A DNA stretch of 45,622 nt from Octopus bimaculoides (Eukaryota): positions 32,237,572 to 32,283,193 of the forward strand of contig NC_069004.1 in NCBI RefSeq assembly GCF_001194135.2, written 5' to 3'. The position numbers were made by a program, and so were the translations under genes. Positions 1-11,101 of the stretch are shown here, in pieces. A model generated the notes under the pieces. The model was not told where the DNA came from. It saw only the letters and a list, made by a program, of their open reading frames with translations, and searched no databases. The number at the start of each line of letters is the position of its first letter. The first letter of the stretch is position 1.

Positions 1-238
1 TATATATATACATATATATGATAAATCACCTTATTTCATTCCATAACAGCTACCTCTGATGAGTGCAGGGTTACATAATCAGGCTGCTACCTAACACTCT
101 GTTGAGCCCTAGTACAAAACTGATTGGTAAAACCAGTCATAATGGATTCTGTGTGAAATTTCCAACAAAGCAGAAGAATAATGCACCAGTCAAGTTCTGA
201 AGTTAAAAATAGATCACAACATTATTTGTTTCCGCACT

Positions 239-458
239 AAGGCAGCGAACTGGCAGAATGGTTAGCACACCGGGCGAAATGCTTAGCAGTATTTCGTCTG
301 TCTTTATGTTCTGAGTTCAAGTTCTGCCAAGGTCGACTTTGCCTTTCGTCCTTTCAGGGTCGATGAATTAAATACCAGTTGTATACTGGGTCAATCTACT
401 TGACTGGGCTCCTCCCCCCAAAAAAATTTCGGGCCTTGTACCTAGAGTAGAAAAGTAT
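239..458 (+). mobile_element. tRNA-derived SINE family A. Other copies: 1501-1725(-), 24520-24660(-), 26590-26740(-), 31645-31950(-), 31967-32170(+), 37620-37810(-), 44290-44545(+)
   Basis: Recurrent GGCAGCGAGCTGGCAGAA..GTTAGCAC...GTTCTGAGTTCAAATTC...GGTCGACTTTGCCTTTCATCCTTTC-GGGTCGAT. The 1501-1725 copy has a 12-bp TSD. Confidence 0.85.
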
Positions 459-1880
459 CAACTAAGCCCCCGCTCCCCTCAAAATTACTTGCTCCATGTC
501 TAAATTACAAACAATTATAATTAAGAAGCTGATTTGCTTTATCTGACACAGAAACTGGGTTGAATTAGCAATTATATTTATGCAATAATCTAGGACAGCA
601 TTTGATTCAATTGGATGGTCTGTCACCATAAAAGTAGCAATTATACTTGCTGTTTTATTCCTTAACAAAAGACAAACAGCTAAACTTAGTTATAAATAAA
701 ATGTCTTGTGTTAAAAATGACTTTATTACATGTCAGAAATAAAATTTACAGAGTGGACCCACGTACAAGCCTTTCAGAAACAAACAAAACACACACACAC
801 ACACACTCTCAACTTCACTTAAATGTTTATTGTTTGGTGTCCAAAAGTTAAAAAGTGGGTGACTGGAGAACTGTGGTTTAATATTAAAGTTTTAATCCTA
901 GAGATGTGACTCTTGCATAAAATGGCTCATGATGTCACAATGTTTAACATGTACACAAGAACTGATAAAGGTTTGAATGAATTAGTGAATAGAGAGGTGT
1001 TTCCATGTCGGGGGCGGTGGGTTAAATATCACGCTTAACTAAATGTCAGATATGATTATATCTGCCACCAAAACTCGAAACAATAAAACCATTTAGAATA
1101 TGACCCACTGAACTACCAAACTTAGCACACACACACACACATTTTGGTACTGAGCTGTGATCTTGACCTAATTAATCCATTCTTCTTAAATGCACAGAAA
1201 GTACTCGTAACCTGCATGGGAATGGATTACTAACAGAAAAAACAAAAATGATAAAAAATGATAAAATAAAATAAGACAAACATCTGGGAGTTCATGTGGG
1301 AAATTCACATGTGGGGATCCAGCGATGGGACCCTAGGGAGGAGGTGCTTGAGGATGCTAAAACCCCTACCCCATGGCCCTTTAAGGAGTAGAGGATGGAT
1401 AGATGGATAGATCTTTTATACATGTTTCAGTCATTAGACTGTGGCCATACTGGAGTACCACTTTAAAGAATTTTTAGTTGAATGGGGTCTTATTATATTT
1501 AATTCTTTATTGCCCACAAGGGGCTAAACATAGACACGACAAACAAGCACAAAGGGATTAAGTCGATTACATCGACCCCAGTGCATAACTGGTACTTATT
1601 TAATCGACCCTGAAAGGATGAAAGGCAAAGTCAACCTCGGCGGAATTTGAACTCAGAACGTAACGACAGACAAAATACCGCTAAGCTTTTCGTCCAGCGT
1701 GCAAACGTTTCTGCCAGCTCACCGCCTTATTATATTTGCTTTTTAAATGCCTGGTATTTATTCTGTTGGTCTGTTTTGCCGAACTGCTAAGTTACGGGGA
1801 CTTAAACACACCAACACCAGTTGTTGAACGGTGGGCAGGGTACAAAGACAGAACAACACACACACAGACATATATATATA

Positions 1881-1971
1881 CTAGCAGAAATACCCGGCGT
1901 TGCCCGGGTTAAAGAGAATAATGAAATCTAAAAACGCCGTCTAGACTACGCATCATCTTTATATATAGAGA
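1881..1971 (-). mobile_element. 91-bp non-autonomous Helitron
   Basis: Minus strand begins TC(TCTATATATAAAG) and ends CTAG. Subterminal hairpin ACCCGG-N6-CCGGGT at 1892-1909. Inserted between A and T with no TSD. Confidence 0.8.
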
Positions 1972-2195
1972 TGTATATACACACACGCACCCAAACACAC
2001 GTATATCTATGTATATCAATATAAATATATGAAAGTCAATGAAGTTTCGTAAAAGAAGGTGATCATGTACATACTTTCTTGCTGTTGTTATTATAACACC
2101 TCATTGTAAACTATGTTCCTTGTTTTCCCTTGTGGAGCATATACAAATAGGTTTTTTGTTGCTGCCCACTCTTGAGCAACCAACATACAGTTGTC

Positions 2196-3003
2196 NNNNN
2201 NNNNNNNNNNNNNNNNNNNNNNNNNNNNNNNNNNNNNNNNNNNNNNNNNNNNNNNNNNNNNNNNNNNNNNNNNNNNNNNNNNNNNNNNNNNNNNNNNNNN
2301 NNNNNNNNNNNNNNNNNNNNNNNNNNNNNNNNNNNNNNNNNNNNNNNNNNNNNNNNNNNNNNNNNNNNNNNNNNNNNNNNNNNNNNNNNNNNNNNNNNNN
2401 NNNNNNNNNNNNNNNNNNNNNNNNNNNNNNNNNNNNNNNNNNNNNNNNNNNNNNNNNNNNNNNNNNNNNNNNNNNNNNNNNNNNNNNNNNNNNNNNNNNN
2501 NNNNNNNNNNNNNNNNNNNNNNNNNNNNNNNNNNNNNNNNNNNNNNNNNNNNNNNNNNNNNNNNNNNNNNNNNNNNNNNNNNNNNNNNNNNNNNNNNNNN
2601 NNNNNNNNNNNNNNNNNNNNNNNNNNNNNNNNNNNNNNNNNNNNNNNNNNNNNNNNNNNNNNNNNNNNNNNNNNNNNNNNNNNNNNNNNNNNNNNNNNNN
2701 NNNNNNNNNNNNNNNNNNNNNNNNNNNNNNNNNNNNNNNNNNNNNNNNNNNNNNNNNNNNNNNNNNNNNNNNNNNNNNNNNNNNNNNNNNNNNNNNNNNN
2801 NNNNNNNNNNNNNNNNNNNNNNNNNNNNNNNNNNNNNNNNNNNNNNNNNNNNNNNNNNNNNNNNNNNNNNNNNNNNNNNNNNNNNNNNNNNNNNNNNNNN
2901 NNNNNNNNNNNNNNNNNNNNNNNNNNNNNNNNNNNNNNNNNNNNNNNNNNNNNNNNNNNNNNNNNNNNNNNNNNNNNNNNNNNNNNNNNNNNNNNNNNNN
3001 NNN
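2196..3003. other. Assembly gap. Other gaps: 14887-14956, 16280-16675, 20913-21749, 24230-24454, 25189-25198, 29074-29384, 37813-38337
   Basis: Runs of N, several flanked by (TA)n or poly-A/T. Confidence 1.
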
Positions 3004-3305
3004 AGTATCGAAATGTGATTGTTTCAGTTAGTGGAATAGTTTCATTTTTAAAGTGAAAGTATTTGACATGAGTGTTTTTGTTTCACTTTTGACACGTAAT
3101 ACTTAAATAGTGGAGGAGATATTATGTTGCCGTGTGCTCGAACTCTGCAAGAAGTTAATAATTTTTTTTGACTAAAACACAACTGGAACCCTTAGTAAGG
3201 CATGTGTAAAATTTGAATGAAATTGGTTGCGTAGTTCTCGAGTTTTAGGGATTCACACAGACAGACAGACAGACAGACATTCTCATTTATATATATATAT
3301 ATATA
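3004..3305 (-). mobile_element. Helitron-like non-autonomous element with (GTCT)n; second copy at about 39005-39150
   Basis: Both copies share GTAAGGCATGTGT-AAATTTGAATGAAATTGGTTG-GTAGTTCTC-AGTTTTAGGGATTCACACAG...ACATTCTCAT. The layout resembles Lep1-type Helitrons, but termini are not cleanly visible. Confidence 0.5.
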
Positions 3306-4449
3306 TATTCATTTATTCTTTTGTTTCCGTCATTTGACTGCGGCCATGCTGGAGCACCACCTTAAGTAGGTTTTTAGTCAAACAAATCAACCCCAGGACT
3401 TATTTTTTCTAAGCCTGGTACTTATTCTATCAGTCTCTTTTGTTGAACCACTAAGTTACGGGAATGTAAAAGCACCAACATTGGTTATCAAACAATGGTA
3501 GTGGTGGTGGAGAGGGGACAAACACAAATGGGCTTCTTTCAGTTTCCATCTACCAAATCCACTCACAAGGCTTTGGTTGGCCCAAGACTATAGTAGATAT
3601 ATATATATATATTGATCAAAGAGGGTCTATATATATAGATATATCATCATCACCATCATCATTGTTGTTTAACGTCCGCTTTCCATGCTGGCATCGGTTA
3701 GACAGTTTGACTGAAGACTGGTGAGCCAGAAGGCTCCACCAGATATATATATGGCATCCAGCTGTAGAAACTCTGCCAAATTAGATTGGAGCCTGGTGTT
3801 GCCATCCGGTTTCACCAGTCCTCAGTCAAATCGTCCAACCCATGCTAGCATGGAAAGCGGACGTTAAACGATGATGATGATGATGATGATGATGATATGT
3901 ATATGTATATATGATGGATAATATGAATTCCTTCATACTAAACCCTTAGAAAAGAAGGAAACATTGTACTATGCACTTCTAGATGCATTATGCTGAGATT
4001 AAAGACAGGATGGTCACAACTGGAGCACATTTGATCACAGAATTGCTGGATATGGCTGATCCAGAACTAAACAACAACACTAACTATAAAAGAGAGGTAG
4101 AAATGCTACAAGGTTTCTGGTGCTTCAAATACTCGAGACAAAATTAAAAAATAAATAATAAGGAAGAAAAAAAAAAGGAATCCAGACAAACAAAAGCAGC
4201 CTAAACTGTTTTAGAAGTTCATCTGCCCTGAGCAAAAATATTTTGTGAGAAAGTAACTCTGTTACCAAATATTAGATAGTTTACACAACACATTCAACAA
4301 CAGGTCAAACTGCCATAAAAAAAAGACAATACCTTCTCTGTCTTACCTCAGATAATGGTGTTAACGAAAATAAAAAAATCTGAGTTTATTGTTTAATCCT
4401 TTGACATTCAGATTATTTTGTTAAATATTATGCTTATATGGTCATGTTG

Positions 4450-4990
4450 TGGAGGGGCAATGGCCCAGTGGTTAGGGCAGCGGACTCACGGTCATAGGAT
4501 CGCGGTTTTGATTCTCAGACCGGGTGTTGTGAGTGTTTATTGAGCGAAAACACCTAAAGCTCCACGAGGCTTCGGCAGGGGATGGTGGTGAACCCTGCTG
4601 TACTCTTTCACCACAACTTATATGGTCATGTTGTGGAGGGACAATGGCCCAGTGGTTAGGGCAGCGGACTCGCGGTTTGATTCCCAGACCAGGCGTTGTG
4701 AGTGTTTATTGAACAAAAACACTTAAAGCTCCACATGACTCCAGCAGGGCTGTGGTGGCGAACCCTGCTGTACTCTTTCACCACAACTTTCTCCCTGTTT
4801 CTGTTGTGCCTGTAATTCAAAGGGTCAGCCTTGTCACACTTTGTCACGCTAAATCTCCCCGAGACCTACGTTAAGGGTACACGTGTCTGTGGAGTGCTCA
4901 GCCACTTGCACGTTAATTTCACAAGCAGGCTGTTCCGTTGATCGGATCAACTGGAACCCTCGACGTCGTAAGCGACGGAGTGCCAACACT
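4450..4990 (+). mobile_element. tRNA-derived SINE (third family) with a 184-bp tandem duplication; 3-prime fragment on minus at about 27385-27545
   Basis: A box TGGCCCAGTGG and a B-box-like GTTTGATTCCC. Body ...GTGCTCAGCCACTTGCACGTTAATTTC...GATCGGATCAACTGGAACCCTCG. Confidence 0.8.
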
Positions 4991-5579
4991 CACATGGTCA
5001 TGTTATTTTGAATTAATCACAGAGTATCTGGTAGCTTTGAGATTTTGATAGTGCAATGTTTTAATCATCATCATCATCATGATGTAATGTTCATTTGTTG
5101 GACAGATATATACATATATATATATTAAATATATATATACAGCCAGTTTGGGCATAAAACAAGTAGAATGTATAGGATAGAAGGTCAAAATCCTTCCCAT
5201 ACAGAATCATGGGGGGGGGGGTAGTTTCCCAGTTTCTTTGGCAAATGTATCCACCCCACTGGATGGGACACAGGTCCATCGCAGCAATGTGAAATGAAGT
5301 GTTTTGCTCAAGAACACAATATATTGCCTGGGCCAGGAACTGAAATCACAATCTTGCAATCGTGAGTGCAACATCCTGAGCCACTAAGCCACACACGTCT
5401 ACAGGTGGAATGTTTGGGCCAGATATGACTGGTTTAAATGCTAAAGGGTCAATGTAATGCAGGTAATAAAAAAATCTCACTAATGTTTTCCTCCTCCTTT
5501 CCTTCTTACCTGGTGAATTAAAGAAAATAAGCAGGCCTCAGAAGTGATTGTTACAAATTGAAAATGATTATCTGAGCCA

Positions 5580-5960
5580 TTGTTTAGCTGTCGTTTGTGT
5601 GTTTAATTAACTCATTCCATTCTATTTTCTGCTGGTTTGACTTCCCATCAGTGGGAAGTAGCAGCAAGGAAAGAAATATTTTCACTAAAGTGAAGATGGT
5701 ACAAACTACACACATACACACACATGTATAGTGACACATACACACACACACACACAATGGCATATTCACACACACAGTTGCACATACAGAAGAACCCACC
5801 CACACACACATATATAGAGGCACACACACACAGTGACGTATACACAAAGAGATACACACATACACACAACGGCACATCCACATACACAGTGGCACATACA
5901 GGCACACAGAGGCACAGACAGTGATACACACATATTCAGTTGCACATACACTCAGTATCA
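5580..5960. repeat. Degenerate (CA)n low-complexity tract; similar tracts at 14230-14590, 30610-31035 and 33780-33880
   Basis: Visible dinucleotide periodicity. The ORFs here are low-complexity artefacts. Confidence 0.9.
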
Positions 5961-6939
5961 TTTTTTGTTCCATGTCTGGTATTTATTCTTCCTTCTCTTT
6001 TTGTCAAACTGCTAAGTTAGAAAGATGTATACAAACCAACACTGGTTGTTAAGTGTTGGCAAACACAAACACAAAGACACACACACACACACATTCAGTT
6101 TCCATTAACCAAATCCACTCACAAGGCTTTGGTTGGGCTGATGCTATAGTAGAAGACACTTGCCCAAGGTGTCATGTAGTGGGACTGAACCTGGAACCAT
6201 GTGTTTGGGAAGCAAATTTCCTACCACATAGCCATGCATGCACCTATATCCACATTGCGGTATCTTTTCAGCTCTTTCTATTCTGAGTTCAAATCCCACC
6301 ACGACCTGTTAGGGTGGTAGACTTAATCCATTGTGGCACTTTGGGTGTCTTCAGCAGAGTCCAATCTATTGCAAACATTCAGACCAAGTCAGTAGTTTGA
6401 GGATCTCTTCCTCCTCCTCTTTTGCACCCACCAGTCTAAGGGACCTGGTAAAGGGTCATGGGTACTACCTTCCCTCCTGGTTATATGAGAAACATACACT
6501 CACAGATTCTCACTCAGCTGTTACTTGCAATAGAGTACAACTTGGTAGCAGAAACGTTCTCTTCTCATGCTTCATGCCTTTGCACCTGGTATAGGTTCCC
6601 TATGCTGCCACAAGCAGACATAGATAGCCATAACAGTGGTTTAAAATTTCGCCACAATCGCAGCAAATTTGGGGAGGAGACAAATCGATTACTTCGACCC
6701 CAGTGTTCAACTGGTACTCATTTTATCGACCCCTGAAATGACAAAAGGCAAAATCGACTTCAATTGTAACAAAAGCAGTGCATTTCATCAGAAACATGAT
6801 AACAAAGGGGTTAAAATGATCCCCAAAACTCTCCATTAAAATTTCATGTCGTGTTCCAAGCCAGCTAAATAACACCAAAGTTATTTTACTAAATTCTTCA
6901 TTATTTTCAAAATTAATTAGAACAATCGTTACCAGCGTC

Positions 6940-7277
6940 ACCTTCTAGCACTTGTGCTGGTGGCACGTTAGAAAATCATTCGAGTGAGGTCATTGCCAGT
7001 GCCGCTGGACTGGCTCCCGTGCAGGTGGCACATAAAAAACATCTTTTTGAGTGAGGCCGTTGCCAGTACCGTGTGACTGGCCCTCGTGCTGGTGGCACGT
7101 AAAAGCACCCACTACACTCTCGGAGTGGTTGGTGTTAGAAAGGGCATCCAGCTGTAGAAACTCTGCCAGATCAGATTGGAGCCTGGTGTGGCCATCTGGT
7201 CCACCAGTCCTCAGTCAAATCGTCCAACCCATGCTAGCATGGAAAGCGGATGTTAAACAATGATGATGATGATGATG
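6940..7277 (+). mobile_element. (GAT)n-tailed retroposon family C (LINE 3-prime ends or SINE tails). Copies at 3643-3896 (both strands), 8930-9190, 10350-10460(-), 20715-20825, 24680-24920(-), 32170-32285, 33060-33400, 33880-34040, 38340-38580(-), 39170-39380
   Basis: Shared CTACACTCTCGGAGTGGTTGG-GTTAG-AAGGGCATCCAGCTGTAGAAAC...CGTCCAACCCATGCTAGCATGGAAAGCGGACGTTAAAC(GAT)n. Confidence 0.85.
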
Positions 7278-10136
7278 AAAGACCATGTATTTCAACAGAA
7301 ATGTATAACAGAGTTAAGAGAGTGTATTTCAGAGAGATTTGGCTGCTATTTTGAGCAAGCTGAGTGGACTACATGATGGCAATGACTCCCTTGTTAGTTT
7401 GTTTAATCTTTTATTGCATTTTGCAGTAGTAGTGATGGAGTTTTGTTATGGAACCGCCAAACTACATACATTATGCTTCTAGTTAAGACTCCACAAAGCC
7501 ACTCAGCCCCACCCCACCGTTCTCTTCAGACAATGGTTGAAGAGTGCTAATCTTTAAAAGGTTTGTCTCTCAGTCATGTCATGTGAGTGGTTGAGTGGGT
7601 GTCCCTTCTGAGCAGCTGCCAAAATAATGGTGCAAACTTGATATATGTCTAACTTATACTTTGGTATTGTATTTCATTGTGCTGTTTTGAAGTCAGCCTA
7701 CCACTGGATTTCAATTTTAAGAACTGACTGTGCAGTGCTACATTTACCAAAAGTTTACAAACCGGAATAAGATAGTTTGCTGTGGAGAAGAGGAAAAGTC
7801 TGTAGCTTCAGGCAGTACCTTTCAGCAGAAGAGTGCAATTAATGCCATTTACCCGTACCCCTACTCCTACAATCGCTAACCCTTTATCACTCTCCTTTCA
7901 GACACTTGAAAACTTACCCACCCATCCTACCCTATTCCCTCTTATACTCCAAAAGTCTACATGGTTCCGGGTTCAGTCCCCCAGTGTGGCACCTTGAGTA
8001 AGTGTCTTCTACTATAGCCTCAGGCCGACCAAAGCCTTGTGAGTGAATTTACTAGACGGAAACTGAAAGAAGCTCAATATATATATGTGTGAGTTTGTGT
8101 GTGTGTTTGTCCCCCCCACCAACGCATGACAACCGGTGTTGGAGTGTCTATGTCCATGTAACTTAGCAGTTCAGCAAAAGAGACTGATAGAATAAATACT
8201 CAGCTTAAAAAAAAAAGGTACTGGGGTCAATTTATTTGACTATATATATAAAAAAAAAATTCTTCAAGGTGGTGCTCCAGCATGGCCACAGTCTAATGAT
8301 TGAAACAAGAAAAACAAAGATAAACTAGAATGAATTTGCTGTGGAGTAAAGGAAAAGTCTGTTGTGTCTTGGAGTGCTAGAAGAGTTGTGTCCCACCCAC
8401 ATTTCACCCACTCTACCCTAACAAACCAAACTACAACCCTTTTAACAGCATCTTTCTCTTCCTCACATTTTCCTCTTCATAAATTATGATTGTTTACCAA
8501 TCCCCTTTCTTGCCCTCACTGTATCGCTGCTTCCTACACCCACACTCTATTTTTCTCCCCAGGTTCTACATTCATATTCTTGTTACTTGTGAGTATACCC
8601 TAGCACTACACCGTCTCTCTTCCACTTTCGCTGTTCCCTACTCTCTTGCCTCTTGTTTTTCCTCTGACCTTTATGTCAGCGCATTTGTTTCTGGCTTCTT
8701 TCAGTGGGTAACCATGTACCTCCTCTATAGCAAGACACCTATTTCTGTTACACACTAACCTTTCATCATCTGATACTGGATCACCTCCACCAGTGTCCCC
8801 TCTGTTTAGGGCAAGACACCTGCCTCTATCTGTCTGTCCCTTTGTCACATTCTAATCTTTCATCCTCTGACACAAGTTCCCCTCCTCAAATCCCTGCCCC
8901 CACCTCATAATTCCTTGTATTGTGAGTTACTTGGTTACCCTGCCAGTGCTGGTGCCACATAAAAAAAAACCATCCAGTCCACACTGCAAAGTAGTTGGCA
9001 TTTTTGGAAGGGGATCCATGATGCCAAAACTAGCCTCACCTGTGCTAATGCCACGTAAAAAAAGCACTGGGTCCATTCTTCTGAGTGGTTGGTGTTAGGA
9101 AGGGTATCCAGCTGTAAAATCCCAGACAAAACAGACACAGCAGCCTAGGGTAGTTTTTCTACCTGGTTGGCTCCTGTCAACCGTCCTACCCATCCGTGCT
9201 TCACACAGAAAAAGCATTGAGTTACAAACTGGAGTGTTTGTTGACAATTTCTCTCAACAAATTGCTGTGTAACATTATATTTTCAAAGAAGTATGGAATA
9301 AGAAGAAAAAGAAAAAAATCCCTTATCTATTGTATTGTTAATGTTGAGATCTGAACTTCTAACATGAATATTCTCACAAAATCAACAGAAATAAGCTGTT
9401 TGAGAAGTGTATCCAGTTAAGTAACTTTTCTCACAATACATACAAATAAATATACTGAGGTGTTTAGAAATACTTCAAAGGCGTAACAATGGAAATATAG
9501 CTTTGCTTGAATGATCACACATGCAAAAAGAGTAAGCTATCCTTGTGGCCTGGCATTTTTGTCATGGAAGGCTGGTAATTAATAAAACTGCTCGCGTGAT
9601 ACTTATTTGCAACCATCATGTGATATCAAAGATAAGGGTCACACATAGACGCATCTACCAAATCCACTTGTAAGGTTTTGATCAACCCAGGACTACTGCA
9701 CAGGGAGGAGCAGCTACCGTTGTCATTACCCTGCAATATTTATTTATCTCATAAGAGAACAGAAATAAATCTCGTGTTAAGACTTGTTAAATCTTTATAC
9801 TAATATAATCATGAGAAAGCAGAATAGTATTAAGTTTTTAAAATCCTTTTATAGATATGACTGCTTAGATAGAGATAAATCTATGACAGCACTTCTAGAC
9901 AAAGGAGGAAGCAAGTCCAGAGTAAAAAGAATATAGTTTTCAAAGATGTCCTTCTTCTGAGACTGTACCTTCAGTTACTTCCAATGTGAACTTTACATCT
10001 TTTCAAATGTTAACCACTAAAATAAAAGGTTGCAAGAAAAAAAAAGTAGAAGACACTCATCCTGTGTGGCACTTTGGGCGTCTTCTACTATAGCCTTGTG
10101 AGGGGATTTGGTAGAAGGAAACTAAAAGAAGCCTGT

Positions 10137-10173
<37 letters not shown>

Positions 10174-10719
10174 GCGCAGGCATGGCAAGTAGTTTGCTCC
10201 CCAACCACATGGTTCTGGGTTCAGTCCCACTGTGTGACGCCTTGGGCAAGTGTATTCTACTATAGACCAAATCTAATTGTTTTACTTGTTTCAGTCATGT
10301 GACTGCAGCCATGCTGGAGCACCACTGCCATAACCAAAGACATATTACTTCATCATCGTCATTTAATGTCTGCCTTCCATGCTGGCATAGGTTGAACGGT
10401 TTGAGAGGGGCGGCCAGGTAGCAGACTACACCAGGCTACTGAGTTTTGGTATGGTTTTTACGGCACTTAGATAAAATATAACTGCTCAAAATTTTCTTTT
10501 AGCAAGTACTTTTTTCCAGACTTATGGACAACTGACTCATTACATATATACATATGCTGATGCCATGTAAAAAGCACGTGTTAGTGCCCTATATAAAGCA
10601 CCTAGTACACCCTGTGGATAACATGACAAAACAGGCAATTGGAGCAAAGGTCGCCATGACTGATCGCTAAATCCACAAGTTTTTTTATTTATTATTCTCT
10701 CTCTCTTTATTCCTCATAC

Positions 10720-11040
10720 TCCATTCTGTTGAAGAGCATAGGCTCAAAATATGAAGACTTTCTCACTTTCCCGAGCGTCAAACTAATACACCTGCTTGTT
10801 GTTCATACACCTGTCTTTGTCTTTTGTTTTTCTGTAAATTTCAGCTATATATATAACCACATATGAATTGTTGGTGATTTTCTTCTTCCATCTTCCCTTC
10901 TATTGGATTTTCCTGTTTCCAAAGAAGAGCGTGTGCTCGAAACGTTAAACCATCTTTCTTTCCTTCCTTAAGTATCTGCTAATACTTTACATGTACCACA
11001 TCCTCGCATTGTTGTGCTTTTTTGTTTGTTCTCCTTTTTT

Positions 11041-11045
<5 letters not shown>
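10720..11045 (+). mobile_element. Two adjacent short repeats with hammerhead-like motifs (Penelope-associated type); a third, partial copy at 38600-38730(-)
   Basis: GAAGAGC-N4-GCTC(G/A)AAA followed by TTTC...AACTAATAC/GCTAATAC and a (TA)n tail. The copies at 10720-10850 and 38600-38730 share CCCGAG-GTCA-ACTAATACA-C...TTGTTGTT-A-AC-ACCTGTC. Confidence 0.6.

Positions 11046-11101
<56 letters not shown>

Noticed and set aside
2120-3056. Long ORFs over N-runs (also 16138-16850, 20853-21928, 28972-29553, 37709-38411)
   Set aside because: They are open only because N codons cannot be stops.
4455-4530. tRNA-like sequences with A and B boxes (also at the heads of SINE families A and B)
   Set aside because: No complete cloverleaf. 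They continue into multi-copy SINE bodies, so they are not tRNA genes.
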